Assembly (NCBI GenBank): GCA_965248355.1
Contig: OZ252098.1
Span: forward strand, 2,048,001-2,112,000
Direction: 5' to 3'
Source of the DNA: Candidatus Latescibacterota bacterium
GTDB taxonomy: Bacteria; Latescibacterota; UBA2968; UBA8231
DNA: 64,000 nucleotides
The first letter of the stretch is position 1. Each line of letters starts with the position of its first letter. Below the pieces are notes generated by a model. It was not told where the DNA came from and searched no databases. It worked only from the letters and a program-made list of their open reading frames with translations. This document shows, in pieces, positions 20,480 through 30,362 of the stretch. Position numbers and translations under genes: made by a program.

Positions 20480-21184
20480 TCAGTCGCCGGAGCCCTGCTC
20501 GAGCTCGATGATCTGGTCGCGGAGGCGAGCCGCTTCCTCGTAGGCTTCTTCGGCCACCAGGCGGCCGAGCTGGGCCTTGAGGGCGTCGAGCTCGGTGGGC
20601 GCCTCGACCGGCGCGGGCCCCGGGGAGGCGCCGCCGTCCCCTTCGAGAGCCTGCGATGCCGGGGCGGGCTCCTCCTCCACCGCCTCCTCGGCGGCCGGCT
20701 GCTCGGCGCCGGACAGCTCTTCCAGTTCGTCGATGTTGAGCACGCTCAACTGCCGGCCCGCCTCCTCCATCACCTCGGGGCTCATGAAGATGGGGATGTT
20801 CATGAGGGTGGTCAGGATCATGCCGTCGCTGGGGCGGCAGTCGAGGTAGAAGACCTCGTCCTGGGTCTGGATCAGCAGGTAGGCGTGGAAGGTCTCGTCC
20901 TTCAGAGTGTGGATGACGAGCTGGTGGACCTTGCCCTTCACCTTGTCCAGCAGGTTCTGCAGCAGGTTGTGGGTCAGGGGGCGGGGAAAGGAGACCTGCT
21001 GCATGGCCATCACCAGGTAGCGGCCCTCGGGACAGCCGATGGAGATGGGGACGAAGCGGCCTTCCTCTCCCTTCAGAACGACGATGAGGGACTCCGGCGG
21101 CGTCACATCGGGGACCGAATAGATGCGCCAGATCTGAACGGGGATGAGGTGGTCGTTTTTTGTCTTCTTCATCGGAAAGGGCAC
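20480..21184 (-). CDS. Bifunctional nuclease (DUF151) with C-terminal UvrB/UvrC motif
   Basis: VPISIG..E, RPLTHNLL, DCRPSD; E.YEEAARLRDQI. Confidence 0.9.
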   Translation of the reverse strand: MPFPMKKTKNDHLIPVQIWRIYSVPDVTPPESLIVVLKGEEGRFVPISIGCPEGRYLVMAMQQVSFPRPLTHNLLQNLLDKVKGKVHQLVIHTLKDETFHAYLLIQTQDEVFYLDCRPSDGMILTTLMNIPIFMSPEVMEEAGRQLSVLNIDELEELSGAEQPAAEEAVEEEPAPASQALEGDGGASPGPAPVEAPTELDALKAQLGRLVAEEAYEEAARLRDQIIELEQGSGD

Positions 21185-21208
21185 GCCGTCTCCGCGGCGG
21201 CGGCAACA

Positions 21209-21236
21209 AATATACCCGATGAAGGAGGAGAATCAA
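21209..21236 (-). promoter_or_regulatory. Sigma70-type promoter of the DUF151 gene
   Basis: Minus strand TTGATT-16 nt-TATATT. Confidence 0.55.
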
Positions 21237-21256
21237 GCATCGAGAGGCCCGGTCCT

Positions 21257-21973
21257 TTACATGAGGCCGCGCTCCTTCAGGCTGAGGAAATCGCTCTCGC
21301 TGAAGATGATGTGATCGAGGATGTCGATGCCCATGATGCCTCCGGCCTCGACCAGTCGCCGGGTGAGCTCGATGTCCTCCTTGCTCGGCGTCACATCCCC
21401 GGATGGATGGTTGTGGGCGAGGATGATGCTGGCCGCCGCCCTCGTCACCGCCACCTGGAAGACCTCGCGCGGGTGGACGATGGACGCCGACAGGGACCCG
21501 ATGGAGATCACCTCCTTGTGGACCACCTGGTTGCGGGCGTTGAGATAGAGGCACAGGAAGTGCTCTCGCCGCTGGCCCTTCAGCTCCGTCAGCAGGGGCA
21601 GGGTATCGGTCGGGCAGGAGACGATGGGCTGCACGCCCAGACCCTTGTGCAGGCCCCTCCGGGCCAGCTCGAAGGCGGCCACCAGGACCCCCGCCTTGAC
21701 CCGGCCGATCCCCTTCAGCCGGCGCAGCTCCAAGGCCTCCATGGCGACGATCTCCTCGACGCCGTGCCGGTCGCAGATGGCGCTGGCCACCTCCAGCACG
21801 CCGCGCCCCCGGTACCCGGTGCCGAGGACCACGGCCATCAGCTCGTGGTCCCTGAGGCCCTCCGGACCGCAGCGGTCCAGGCGCTCGCGCGGCAGGTCCT
21901 CGGGATGCGCGTCCTGGCCGTTGGCGCCGTCGACGGGCGCGCCGCACGGGTCCTGCGCATACAGCTCTGACAT
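21257..21973 (-). CDS. radC: RadC/JAB-domain protein
   Basis: PRERL...G...L.D.EL, VHPREVF, HNHPSGD..PS.ED, LDHII; AGGAGG upstream. Confidence 0.93.
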   Translation of the reverse strand: MSELYAQDPCGAPVDGANGQDAHPEDLPRERLDRCGPEGLRDHELMAVVLGTGYRGRGVLEVASAICDRHGVEEIVAMEALELRRLKGIGRVKAGVLVAAFELARRGLHKGLGVQPIVSCPTDTLPLLTELKGQRREHFLCLYLNARNQVVHKEVISIGSLSASIVHPREVFQVAVTRAAASIILAHNHPSGDVTPSKEDIELTRRLVEAGGIMGIDILDHIIFSESDFLSLKERGLM

Positions 21974-22164
21974 TGGTCCCCTCCTGTAGCGGCGGTACGT
22001 GCACGGAACCACCCGGTCCTGTGTCCTGAGGAACACGCCCCGGGGCCGGCGGACCTCTCCCGCGCCGACCCCGGCCGTCATGGCAAGCACAGGCCGTGCC
22101 ACCTTCTCCGTCGATCCGGCCCCTCACCGGTCCCGCTCCCCGGGGCGGGCCTATATTCCACCCG

Positions 22165-24699
22165 ATGACCTTCCCGCCCTCTCTCTCCCGCCGGCTCGGG
22201 GGAACCTGGCCCCCGGCCCTCCTGACCGGCGGCCTGCTGGCCCTCGCCTTCCCCTGCCATCCGCAGAACCCGGCCGCCTTGGCCTACGGCCCGGGCTGGG
22301 CCTGGATCGCCCTGGCGCCGCTGCTCCACGCCCTCGCCGGCCGGCCGCGCGCGGCCGAGGCCTTCCGGCCGGGATGGCTGGCGGGCTTCGTCTTCTACCT
22401 GGCGAGTCTCTACTGGGTGGCCCACACCCGGGGCGGCGGCCCGGCGGTGGTGGCCGGCACCGGCCTGATGGCCGTCTACCTGGCCCTGTTCACCGGTCTC
22501 TTCGCCGTGGCCCAGCGGAGCCTGTGCCGCCGTTTCGGATCTCCCGGACTGCTCGCCGCCCCGGTCCTGTGGACGACCATGGAGTACCTGCAGTCGGTGG
22601 GCGAGCTCGGCTTCCCCTGGCTCCTCCTGGGCCACAGCCAGGCCCGGCTCCCCGCCCTCGTCCAGTACGCCGAGCACACCGGCGTCTTCGGCGTCTCCTT
22701 CGCCGTGGTCCTCGCCAACGCCCTTCTGGCCCTGGCCCTGGCCTCCGGGGGCCGGGACCGCACCCGGGCCCTGGCGGCCGCCGCCGCGGTCCCCGCGCTC
22801 ACGGCGCTGCACGGGCTCCTCGTCCTCGGCGCCGCCGACGGACCGGGCCTGCGGGTCGCCGTCGTGCAGAACAACCTCGGCCTGGAGAAGTGGCGGCCGG
22901 GGGGGCTCCAGGCCAGCTTCGCCTCCCTGGACTCCCTCAGCCGCCGGGCGGAGCGGCCGGGGCTGATCGTCTGGCCGGAGACCGCCCTTCCCTGCAACCT
23001 CGACCGGCGCCCCGACTGCCGGCGGCGGATGCAGGATCTGGCCGATACCCTCCAGACGCCGATCCTCACCGGCGCCCCCGGCACCGACGCCGGCACGGGC
23101 GAGCCCCTCAACGCCGCCTTCCTGTTCTCCCCCGGCCGGGAGGAGGTGCCGGCCTACGCCAAGATGCACCTCGTGCCCTTCGGGGAGCGCACGCCCCTGC
23201 GCGACAGCCTTCCCCAGCTGCGCCGCATCGACTGGACGGCCCTGACGGGGGACCTGGCGCCGGCCGAGTTCGCCCGCGGCCGGCGGCGCACCCTGTTCAC
23301 CGCCGGCCCGGACTCGGCCCGCTTCGCCGTCCTCATCTGCTTCGAGTCGGTCTTCCCCGACTTCGTGCGCCGCTCGGTGCGGGAGGGCGCCGACTTCCTC
23401 GTCAACATCACCAACGACTCGTGGTTCGGGCCCACGGCGGGCCCCTATCAGCACGCCGATCTGGCCGTGCTGCGGGCCGTGGAGAACCGCGTCGCCATCG
23501 CCCGCTGCGCCACCAGCGGCGTCTCCCTGTTCATCGACCGCTACGGGCGCACCCGCGAGCGCACCGAGCTCGGCAGCGTCGACGTCCGCACCGGGGAGGT
23601 GGGCCTGGGCGGCCCCCCGACCTTGTACACCCGCTTCGGCGACTGGTTCGCCGCGGCCAACCTGATGGTCGCCGTCCTGCTCGTGGCCGGGGCCTGGTGG
23701 ACGGGGCGGAGGCGCCTGGTGGGCCGCCCGGCGGCCGGTGCGGAGGCCGGGGATGAGCCGGACATGGCCGGGGCAGCCGCCGGCGGCGACGGTCCGGACG
23801 GAGGAGAAGAGCCGGACGGGCCCCCCGCGCGGGGGGAGATGCCCTTCCTCGACCATCTCGAGGAGCTGCGCTGGCGCATCCTCAAGGCCCTGGGCGCCAT
23901 CGTCGCCGGCACCTGCCTGTGCTTCCTCTTCGTGGAGCCCCTCCTCGGCCTGCTGGTGCAGCCGTACGAGGAGGCCGTCCTCAGCCTGAAGGAGCAGGGC
24001 TCGCCGGGGGTCGTGGAGACGGTCCGCGGCTGGCTGACGGATCTGCGCGGCGTCGAGGTGGAGGAGCCGCACGTCGAGGACGCCACCGAGCCGGCCGTGC
24101 CCTACGGCAGCCAGCTGCAGTCCCTGCGGGTGATGACCTGGTTCTTCGTCTACCTGCAGGTCTCCCTCCTCGGCGGGTTCATCCTCGCCCTGCCCGTCGT
24201 GTTCTACCAGTTCTGGCGGTTCGTCGCCCCCGGTCTGCTGAGCACGGAGAGACGCCTCTTCGTGCCGCTCATGGCCATGAGCATCGGCTGCTTCGCCGCC
24301 GGCGCCGCCGTGGCCCACAGCGTCGTGCTGCCCATCGGGCTGCGGTTCTTCCTCAGCCTCGAGCCGAAGGACATGACCTCGCAGTGGGCGGTGGACGAGT
24401 ACATCGGCTTCGTGCTGCGGCTCCTCTTCGGCTTCGGCCTGGTCTTCGAGATGCCCGTGGTGAGCCTGTTCCTGGCCCGCCTCGGGCTGATCACGGCCGC
24501 CACCCTGCGGCGCGTGCGGCGCTACGCCGTGGTCGCCGTGTTCCTGGTGGCCGCCGTGTTCACGCCGCCGGACCCGCTCTCGCAGGTGATGATGGCCCTG
24601 CCCCTGATGGTCCTCTACGAGATCAGCATCTGGGTGGCGCACCTGGCCGGCCGCCGGACGGAGGAGCCCGAGGGCGGGGAGGAGCCCGGCGCCGCTTGA
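22165..24699 (+). CDS. lnt-tatC: Fusion: apolipoprotein N-acyltransferase (Lnt) + twin-arginine translocase TatC
   Basis: Single ORF; Lnt GFPW..LG, WPET, K.HLVPFGE, ICFES, TNDSWFG, RAVEN; TatC from 23839 MPFLDHLEELR, QFWRFVAPGL...E, FEMP, TPPD..SQ...A.P...LYE. Confidence 0.92.
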   Translation: MTFPPSLSRRLGGTWPPALLTGGLLALAFPCHPQNPAALAYGPGWAWIALAPLLHALAGRPRAAEAFRPGWLAGFVFYLASLYWVAHTRGGGPAVVAGTGLMAVYLALFTGLFAVAQRSLCRRFGSPGLLAAPVLWTTMEYLQSVGELGFPWLLLGHSQARLPALVQYAEHTGVFGVSFAVVLANALLALALASGGRDRTRALAAAAAVPALTALHGLLVLGAADGPGLRVAVVQNNLGLEKWRPGGLQASFASLDSLSRRAERPGLIVWPETALPCNLDRRPDCRRRMQDLADTLQTPILTGAPGTDAGTGEPLNAAFLFSPGREEVPAYAKMHLVPFGERTPLRDSLPQLRRIDWTALTGDLAPAEFARGRRRTLFTAGPDSARFAVLICFESVFPDFVRRSVREGADFLVNITNDSWFGPTAGPYQHADLAVLRAVENRVAIARCATSGVSLFIDRYGRTRERTELGSVDVRTGEVGLGGPPTLYTRFGDWFAAANLMVAVLLVAGAWWTGRRRLVGRPAAGAEAGDEPDMAGAAAGGDGPDGGEEPDGPPARGEMPFLDHLEELRWRILKALGAIVAGTCLCFLFVEPLLGLLVQPYEEAVLSLKEQGSPGVVETVRGWLTDLRGVEVEEPHVEDATEPAVPYGSQLQSLRVMTWFFVYLQVSLLGGFILALPVVFYQFWRFVAPGLLSTERRLFVPLMAMSIGCFAAGAAVAHSVVLPIGLRFFLSLEPKDMTSQWAVDEYIGFVLRLLFGFGLVFEMPVVSLFLARLGLITAATLRRVRRYAVVAVFLVAAVFTPPDPLSQVMMALPLMVLYEISIWVAHLAGRRTEEPEGGEEPGAA

Positions 24700-24804
24700 C
24701 CGGTGAGGGTCCTGAGACGCCCGCTGCCGTCCCGCCTTGCTCGACGCCCGCCGCGGGGGCCCCGTATATTCCCGCCCCCTTTCCGACCTCCCAAGGAGAG
24801 CCCC

Positions 24805-25602
24805 ATGGCCAAGGAAACCACCCGCGTCGGCCTGATCGGCTACGGTCAGATCGGCTCCGCCGTGCGCGACATGATCGACGCCGACGGCGGCAACGGCATG
24901 GAGATCGTCTTCATCCACGACCAGGACCCCTCCCGGCTGCAGGACCTGCCCGGCGGCCTGGCCCTTCAGGACCTGTCCCGCTTCGAGGAGCGCGGCCCCG
25001 ACCTGGTGGTGGAGATGGCCCATCCCGCCGTGACCCGGGCCTGGGGCTCGAAGATCCTCGAGAAGACCGACTACATGTTCATCTCGGTGACGGCCCTGGC
25101 CGACCGGGAGATCGAGGCGGCCATCGAGGAAGCCACGGCCCGGCACGGCACCCGCGCCTTCGTGCCCCACGGCGGCGTCGTCGGCATGGACGCCCTGCTC
25201 GAGAACCGCGACGTGTGGGAGAGCGTGGACGTGATCATGAAGAAGCCGCCGAAGAACGTGGACTGCGCCGCCGTCGGCCTCGACCCCGAGAGCATCACCG
25301 AGGAGACCTGCCTCTACGACGGCCCCACGCGCGGCATCTGCCCCAAGTTCCCCCGCAACGTCAACACCCACGCCGCCATCGCCTACGCCGGCATCGGCTT
25401 CGACCGCACCCACTCGGTGCTGCTGGTGAACCCGGAGTGGGACACGGCCGTCGTCGCCATCCACGCCCGTGGCCCGGGGCTGGAGCTGAACGTGGAGCGC
25501 ACCGAGGGCATCATCGGCGTCACCGGGGCCAGCACCCCGGCCTCGATCTACAACACCGTGCAGATGATCGGCTCCACCGGCCCGGGCATCCACCTGAGAT
25601 AG
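24805..25602 (+). CDS. Aspartate dehydrogenase-like (DUF108) oxidoreductase
   Basis: GLIGYGQIG, DLVVE.A, SVTALAD, KKPP, FPRNVN; AAGGAG upstream. Confidence 0.8.
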   Translation: MAKETTRVGLIGYGQIGSAVRDMIDADGGNGMEIVFIHDQDPSRLQDLPGGLALQDLSRFEERGPDLVVEMAHPAVTRAWGSKILEKTDYMFISVTALADREIEAAIEEATARHGTRAFVPHGGVVGMDALLENRDVWESVDVIMKKPPKNVDCAAVGLDPESITEETCLYDGPTRGICPKFPRNVNTHAAIAYAGIGFDRTHSVLLVNPEWDTAVVAIHARGPGLELNVERTEGIIGVTGASTPASIYNTVQMIGSTGPGIHLR

Positions 25603-25609
25603 CCGTCCG

Positions 25610-26794
25610 GTGAAACCGTACGCCGCCGGCCCGGCCCGGATCCCGCGCTCCGGGATCCGCGAGATCATGGACCTGGCCTGGGCGACGCCGGGGGTCATCC
25701 ACCTCGAGGTGGGCCAGCCCGACTTCGACACGCCGGACCACATCGTCGAGGCCGCCTGCCGCGCCGCCCGCGAGGGCCACACGCGCTACGTGCCGAACGC
25801 GGGGATCGACCCTCTGCGCGCCGCCGCCGCCCGCTACGTGGAGGGCCGCACGGGCGTGCCCACCACGCCGGAGCACATCGTCGTCACCCAGGGCGCCGTC
25901 CTCAGCGTCGCCACCGCCCTCCTCTCCCTCCTCGACCCCGGCGACGAGGTGCTGCTGCCCGACCCGGGGTGGCCGAACTACGCCATGGCCGCGCCCCTGT
26001 TCCACGGCCGCTCCGTGTTCTACGAACTGCGGCCGGAGCGCCGCTTCCTGCCCGACCCGGAGCAGGTGGAGTCGCTGATCACGCCGCGCACGAAGCTGCT
26101 GCTGCTGTGCAGCCCGTCCAATCCCACGGGACAGGTCCACGGCCGCGAGCTGACCGAGGCCCTGATGGAGGTGGCCCGCCGCCACGATTTGTGGGTGCTG
26201 GCCGACGAGATCTACTCGGAGATCGTCTTCGACGGCGCCGATCACGTGAGCTGCGCCTCCCACGACCCGGACGAGCGCGTGATCCTGGTCACCGGCATGT
26301 CCAAGAGCTACGCCATGACCGGGTTCCGGGTCGGCTTCACGCGGGCCCGGCCGGACTACATCGAGATGGCCAGCAAGCTGCAGGAGCCCCTCGTCTCGTG
26401 CGGCGTCGCCTTCGCCCAGATGGCGGCGGTGGAGGCCCTGGAGGGTCCCCAGGACTGCGTCCGCCAGATGCGCGGCGCCTACCAGCGGCGCCGCGACCTG
26501 GCTTTGGAGATGCTGCGCGAGCACGGCCTCTACCGCTACACCCCGGGCGGCGCCTTCTACCTGCTCGTGGACATCTCCGCCGCCGGCATGGCCTCGCGGG
26601 ACTTCTGCCTGGAGCTGATCGAGCGCCACAAGGTGGCCGTGGCCCCGGGCCGCACCTTCGGCCGGGTGTGCGCCGACCACGTGCGCATCTCCATCGCCTC
26701 GCCGGAGGAGAACATCCGCGAGGGGGTGACGCGCATCTGCCGCATGATCCACGAGAAGGCCGGCCGCGCCGCCCCGGCGGCAGCCGGCGGTTGA
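25610..26794 (+). CDS. Class I/II PLP-dependent aminotransferase
   Basis: GQPDFDTP, SPSNPTG, DEIY, SKSYAMTGFRVG. Confidence 0.93.
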   Translation: MKPYAAGPARIPRSGIREIMDLAWATPGVIHLEVGQPDFDTPDHIVEAACRAAREGHTRYVPNAGIDPLRAAAARYVEGRTGVPTTPEHIVVTQGAVLSVATALLSLLDPGDEVLLPDPGWPNYAMAAPLFHGRSVFYELRPERRFLPDPEQVESLITPRTKLLLLCSPSNPTGQVHGRELTEALMEVARRHDLWVLADEIYSEIVFDGADHVSCASHDPDERVILVTGMSKSYAMTGFRVGFTRARPDYIEMASKLQEPLVSCGVAFAQMAAVEALEGPQDCVRQMRGAYQRRRDLALEMLREHGLYRYTPGGAFYLLVDISAAGMASRDFCLELIERHKVAVAPGRTFGRVCADHVRISIASPEENIREGVTRICRMIHEKAGRAAPAAAGG

Positions 26795-26804
26795 GCGGTC
26801 CGGC

Positions 26805-27887
26805 CTAGAGGTAGCGCTCCAGGTCGGGATCTCCGCCGAGGCGGTCTACGATCTCCCGCACGCGCTGAGCCTGGTCCCTGCGGCAGACGAGCAGGGCGTC
26901 CTCGGTGTCGACGACGACGAGATCCTCCACCCCCACCAGGGCGACCAGCTTCTCCGCCCCCCCGCGGACGATGAGGTTGCGCCCGTCGATGGCCAGGACC
27001 CGGCCGCGCAGCAGGTTGCCCTCTTCGTCGGCCTCCATCACGTCGGCCAGGGCCGCCCAGCTGCCCACGTCCCCCCAGTTCAGCTCTCCCTCGAGGGCCG
27101 CCACGCACGCCGCCGGCTCGATGATGGCGTGGTCCACGGCGATGGACGGCATGGCCGGGTACTCGCGCTCCGCCGCCGCCTGCCAGTCGCCCGAGGCCGC
27201 GGCCTCCGCGATCGGCTGCAGGCGCTCGTGGATGTCGGGGGCGTGGCGCGCGAAGAGATCGAGGACGGTGCGCGCCTTCCAGACGAACATGTTGGTGTTC
27301 CACAGGTAGCGGCCGCTCCCGGTGTACTGACGGGCGCGCTCCAGGTCCGGCTTCTCGGTGAACTCGGTCACTCGCCAGACCGGGTCCTCGCCCACCCGGC
27401 ACAGCTCCCCCCCCTTGCCGACGTAGCCGTAGCCGGTCTCCGGCCGCGTGGGCCGCACGCCGATGAGGTAGAGATACTCCGGGTGGTCGTCGGCGGCGCC
27501 GACCGCCGCCGACAGCAGGCGCCGGAACTCGCCGGGGCGGCCGATGTAGTGGTCGGAGCCGAGGCTGGCCACGGTGCATCCCGGCCAGCGGGCCTCCAGC
27601 AGGGCGCATTCGAGGGCCACCGCCGGCCCCGTGTTGCGCAGGGCGGGCTCGACGATCAGGTGGCCCTCGGGCAGGACGGGGAGCTGCGCGCGCACCAGAC
27701 CGACCATCTCCGGGCCGGTGGAGACGAAGACGTCGGCGGGGCCCGCCATGGGGGCGATGCGCGAGTACGTGTCCTGCAGCATCGTGCCCTCACCGGCCAG
27801 GGCCTGGAACTGCTTCGGCCGCCCCTTGCGGCTGTAGGGCCAGAGGCGGGTGCCGATCCCGCCGGCGCGGATGACCACCTTCAGCAT
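26805..27887 (-). CDS. manC: Mannose-1-phosphate guanylyltransferase
   Basis: AGG.GTRLWP.SR...PKQ, EP..RNT, PETGYGY, FTEKP, W.DVGSW. Confidence 0.9.
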   Translation of the reverse strand: MLKVVIRAGGIGTRLWPYSRKGRPKQFQALAGEGTMLQDTYSRIAPMAGPADVFVSTGPEMVGLVRAQLPVLPEGHLIVEPALRNTGPAVALECALLEARWPGCTVASLGSDHYIGRPGEFRRLLSAAVGAADDHPEYLYLIGVRPTRPETGYGYVGKGGELCRVGEDPVWRVTEFTEKPDLERARQYTGSGRYLWNTNMFVWKARTVLDLFARHAPDIHERLQPIAEAAASGDWQAAAEREYPAMPSIAVDHAIIEPAACVAALEGELNWGDVGSWAALADVMEADEEGNLLRGRVLAIDGRNLIVRGGAEKLVALVGVEDLVVVDTEDALLVCRRDQAQRVREIVDRLGGDPDLERYL

Positions 27888-28840
27888 ACCGGCTCCGCCA
27901 CCAGGTACTGCAGGGATGGATCCGCCGGCACCAGGGCGACCTGGCGTGCCGCCGGCACCAGGGCCGAGTCGCCGGCGGCCAGGTCTACCTCTCCGAGCCG
28001 CGCCGCTCCGGCGACGACGGTGACGGCGGCGAAGACCTCCGAGCCCAGGAGGCGCTCACCATCGCCGAACAGTGTCAGGCGGAAGGCGCCGGCCTCCACC
28101 AGGACCTCGCCGCACGGGCCGGGCCGGGGCGCAGCCCGGGGCTCGGAGGCCTCCGCCTCGAAGTCGATCACCTCCATCGCCCGCTCGAGATGCAATTCGC
28201 GCGGTTGGCCGTCGAGCCCGGGGCGGCCGTAGTCGTACAGGCGGAAGGTGAGGTCGCTGGCCTGCTGCACCTCGTAGACCATCACCCCGCGGCCGAGGGC
28301 GTGGACCGTGCCGGCCGGCAGCAGCACCACGTCGGCGGCCTCCACCGGGCGGTAGCGAACGGCCTCCTCGGCGCGCCCGGCGGCCAGCGCCTGTTCCAGG
28401 CGGCGGCGGTCCACTCCCTCACGCAGACCGAGGACGATCCCCCCGGAGTCCAGGACGTACCAGGCCTCGGTCTTGCCGAAGGCGCCCAGGCCCTCGCGGC
28501 GGGCGTACCCGTCGTCGGGGTGGACCTGGATCGACAGGTCCTCGGCGGCGTCGATGAGCTTGATCAGCAGGGGGAACTCGCCGCCGTAGCGCGCGCGCAC
28601 CGGCGCTCCCACGAGGGCCTCTCCGAACTCCTCCGCCAGGCCGGCGAGGCCCCGCCCGGCCAGCGGTCCCGAGCGCACGACGCTCTCGGCCCCCGGCAGG
28701 GCGGAGACCTCGAGGGACTCCCCCACCGGGGCCCCCGGGGGCAGGTCCTTGCCGAAGCGCTCGCCGAGGCGGCGGCCGCCCCAGACGGTGGGGCGCAGGT
28801 GCGGCTCCAGAGGGAGGATGTCGGGAAGGGATCCGGGCAC
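27881..28840 (-). CDS. manA: Type I mannose-6-phosphate isomerase
   Basis: VWGG, FPLLIKLIDA..DLSIQVHP, GKTEAWY, GTVHA, EVQQ.SD.TFRLYDY; start uncertain. Confidence 0.9.
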   Translation of the reverse strand: MPGSLPDILPLEPHLRPTVWGGRRLGERFGKDLPPGAPVGESLEVSALPGAESVVRSGPLAGRGLAGLAEEFGEALVGAPVRARYGGEFPLLIKLIDAAEDLSIQVHPDDGYARREGLGAFGKTEAWYVLDSGGIVLGLREGVDRRRLEQALAAGRAEEAVRYRPVEAADVVLLPAGTVHALGRGVMVYEVQQASDLTFRLYDYGRPGLDGQPRELHLERAMEVIDFEAEASEPRAAPRPGPCGEVLVEAGAFRLTLFGDGERLLGSEVFAAVTVVAGAARLGEVDLAAGDSALVPAARQVALVPADPSLQYLVAEPVC

Positions 28841-28980
28841 GGGTTGACTCGCGGAGAAACCTACGCCGGGCCTCTTGCGGTGGACAGAAGGCGAGCCCGC
28901 CGGTTGAGTGGGTTCCGGGGGTGGACTATCCTCCAAGTCCCGCTCCATCCACGACGCCCAAAACCCCGGGAGAGATTCCG

Positions 28981-29919
28981 ATGGTCGACGCCCCGCGCCC
29001 GCTGACCAACCCCTTCGCCCTTTCCGACGACGACGGCTACACCTGGGTGAAGGGAAACCTTCACAGCCACACCACCAACTCCGACGGCCGCGTCGGGCCC
29101 CAGGAGCGGCTCGACGGGTACGTGGGAGAGGGCTACGACTTCCTCTGCCTCTCCGACCACCACAAGATCACGCGCACCGATTCCGTGGACGCGCCCGGCG
29201 ACTTCGTCCTGATCCAGGGGGCCGAGCTGCATCCGGCCAACCCCTTCGGCGGCCAGGTCCACCACTTCCTCTGCCTCAACATCCACGAGGACATGGACTC
29301 ACGGGCCATGCCGCCCCAGCACGTCATCGACACCTGCAACGAGCAGGGAGGCCAGGTCTGGCTCGCCCATCCCTACTGGAGCTCGGTGAACATCCTGCGC
29401 GACACCCTGCCCCTGAGCGGGTTCGCCGGCGTCGAGGTCTTCAACAGCACCTGCCGCCGCCACGGCCGCGGCGAGTCCGGCCCCCACTGGGACGACTGGA
29501 TGGCCCAGGAGGACCGACTCTATCCGTGCCTGGGCAACGACGACTCCCACCAGGCCCCGGAGGCCCGCCACGACACCTACCAGGGCTGGACCATGGCCCG
29601 CGTCCGGGAGCGCACCCCGGCGGCCGTGCTCCAGGCCCTGGCCAGCGCCGCTTCCTACGCGTCCAACGGCCCGGCGATCCACGCCATCGAGCTGCGCCGC
29701 AGCGGCGAGGAGGTCGAGGCCCGCGTGCGCTGCTCGGAGGCCCGCCGCGTGACCGCCGTCCACGACGTGGTCGGCAAGGAGTACCACGAGCACGGCGACA
29801 TCTTCGAGGAGGCCGTCTTCCCCCTGCGCCCCAAGGCCCGCTGGGTGCGCTTCGAGGTCATGGGGCCGGAGGGGGACAAGGCCTGGTCGAACCCGTTCGA
29901 CTTGGGGGCGGTGGAGTAG
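28981..29919 (+). CDS. PHP-domain metallohydrolase
   Basis: KGNLHSHT..SDG, SDH, AHPYWS, DDSH. Confidence 0.85.
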   Translation: MVDAPRPLTNPFALSDDDGYTWVKGNLHSHTTNSDGRVGPQERLDGYVGEGYDFLCLSDHHKITRTDSVDAPGDFVLIQGAELHPANPFGGQVHHFLCLNIHEDMDSRAMPPQHVIDTCNEQGGQVWLAHPYWSSVNILRDTLPLSGFAGVEVFNSTCRRHGRGESGPHWDDWMAQEDRLYPCLGNDDSHQAPEARHDTYQGWTMARVRERTPAAVLQALASAASYASNGPAIHAIELRRSGEEVEARVRCSEARRVTAVHDVVGKEYHEHGDIFEEAVFPLRPKARWVRFEVMGPEGDKAWSNPFDLGAVE

Positions 29920-29947
29920 GCGGCCTGATCTGTCCGGCCAGTCTCTT

Positions 29948-30157
29948 ATGCCAGACTACACCGCGGTCATCAAGAATGAAGGGGAGTGGTGGATCGGGTG
30001 GATCGAAGAGATCCCCGGGGTGAACTGCCAGGAACGCACCCACCAGGAACTCTTGGAGACCTTGCGAGTGACCCTTCGAGAAGCCCTGGAATTCAACCGC
30101 CAGGAGGCCAAGTCGGCTGCCGGTCCCGATTACGTGGAAGAGCAGATCGCCTTGTGA
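29948..30157 (+). CDS. hicB: HicB-family antitoxin (no intact HicA)
   Basis: YTAVI...GEWWIGWIEEIPGVNCQ..T..EL. Confidence 0.85.
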   Translation: MPDYTAVIKNEGEWWIGWIEEIPGVNCQERTHQELLETLRVTLREALEFNRQEAKSAAGPDYVEEQIAL

Positions 30158-30185
30158 ATGCGTCGTTCGTTTGATTGGCAGCGCT

Positions 30186-30362
30186 TCATCCTGAGGCCGT
30201 CGGGTGTGAAATCCGAACTCGTCCACCGCGTATTGTTATCACGGCCCGCTCTTTCAGCGCTTGATGGTGATGGTCGATGACTGCTTCAACCAGTTCGATC
30301 CGCTGTGGCACTCGAGCGTCAGGCAGGAGTATCAATCCGGCGTGGACAACTCGGCGCAGGTA
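30186..30362 (-). pseudogene. C-terminal half of a DUF5615 PIN-like toxin
   Basis: YLRRVVHAGLILLPD...VITIRGGRVRIS*; no start or N-terminal half; directly follows DUF433. Confidence 0.65.

Noticed and set aside
22078..25782. Very long antisense or alternate-frame ORFs (e.g. 1234 aa here, 1161 aa at 51336, 937 aa at 34350)
   Set aside because: Shadow ORFs of GC-rich genes: Arg/Gly/Pro-rich, no motifs, fully overlapping well-supported CDSs.
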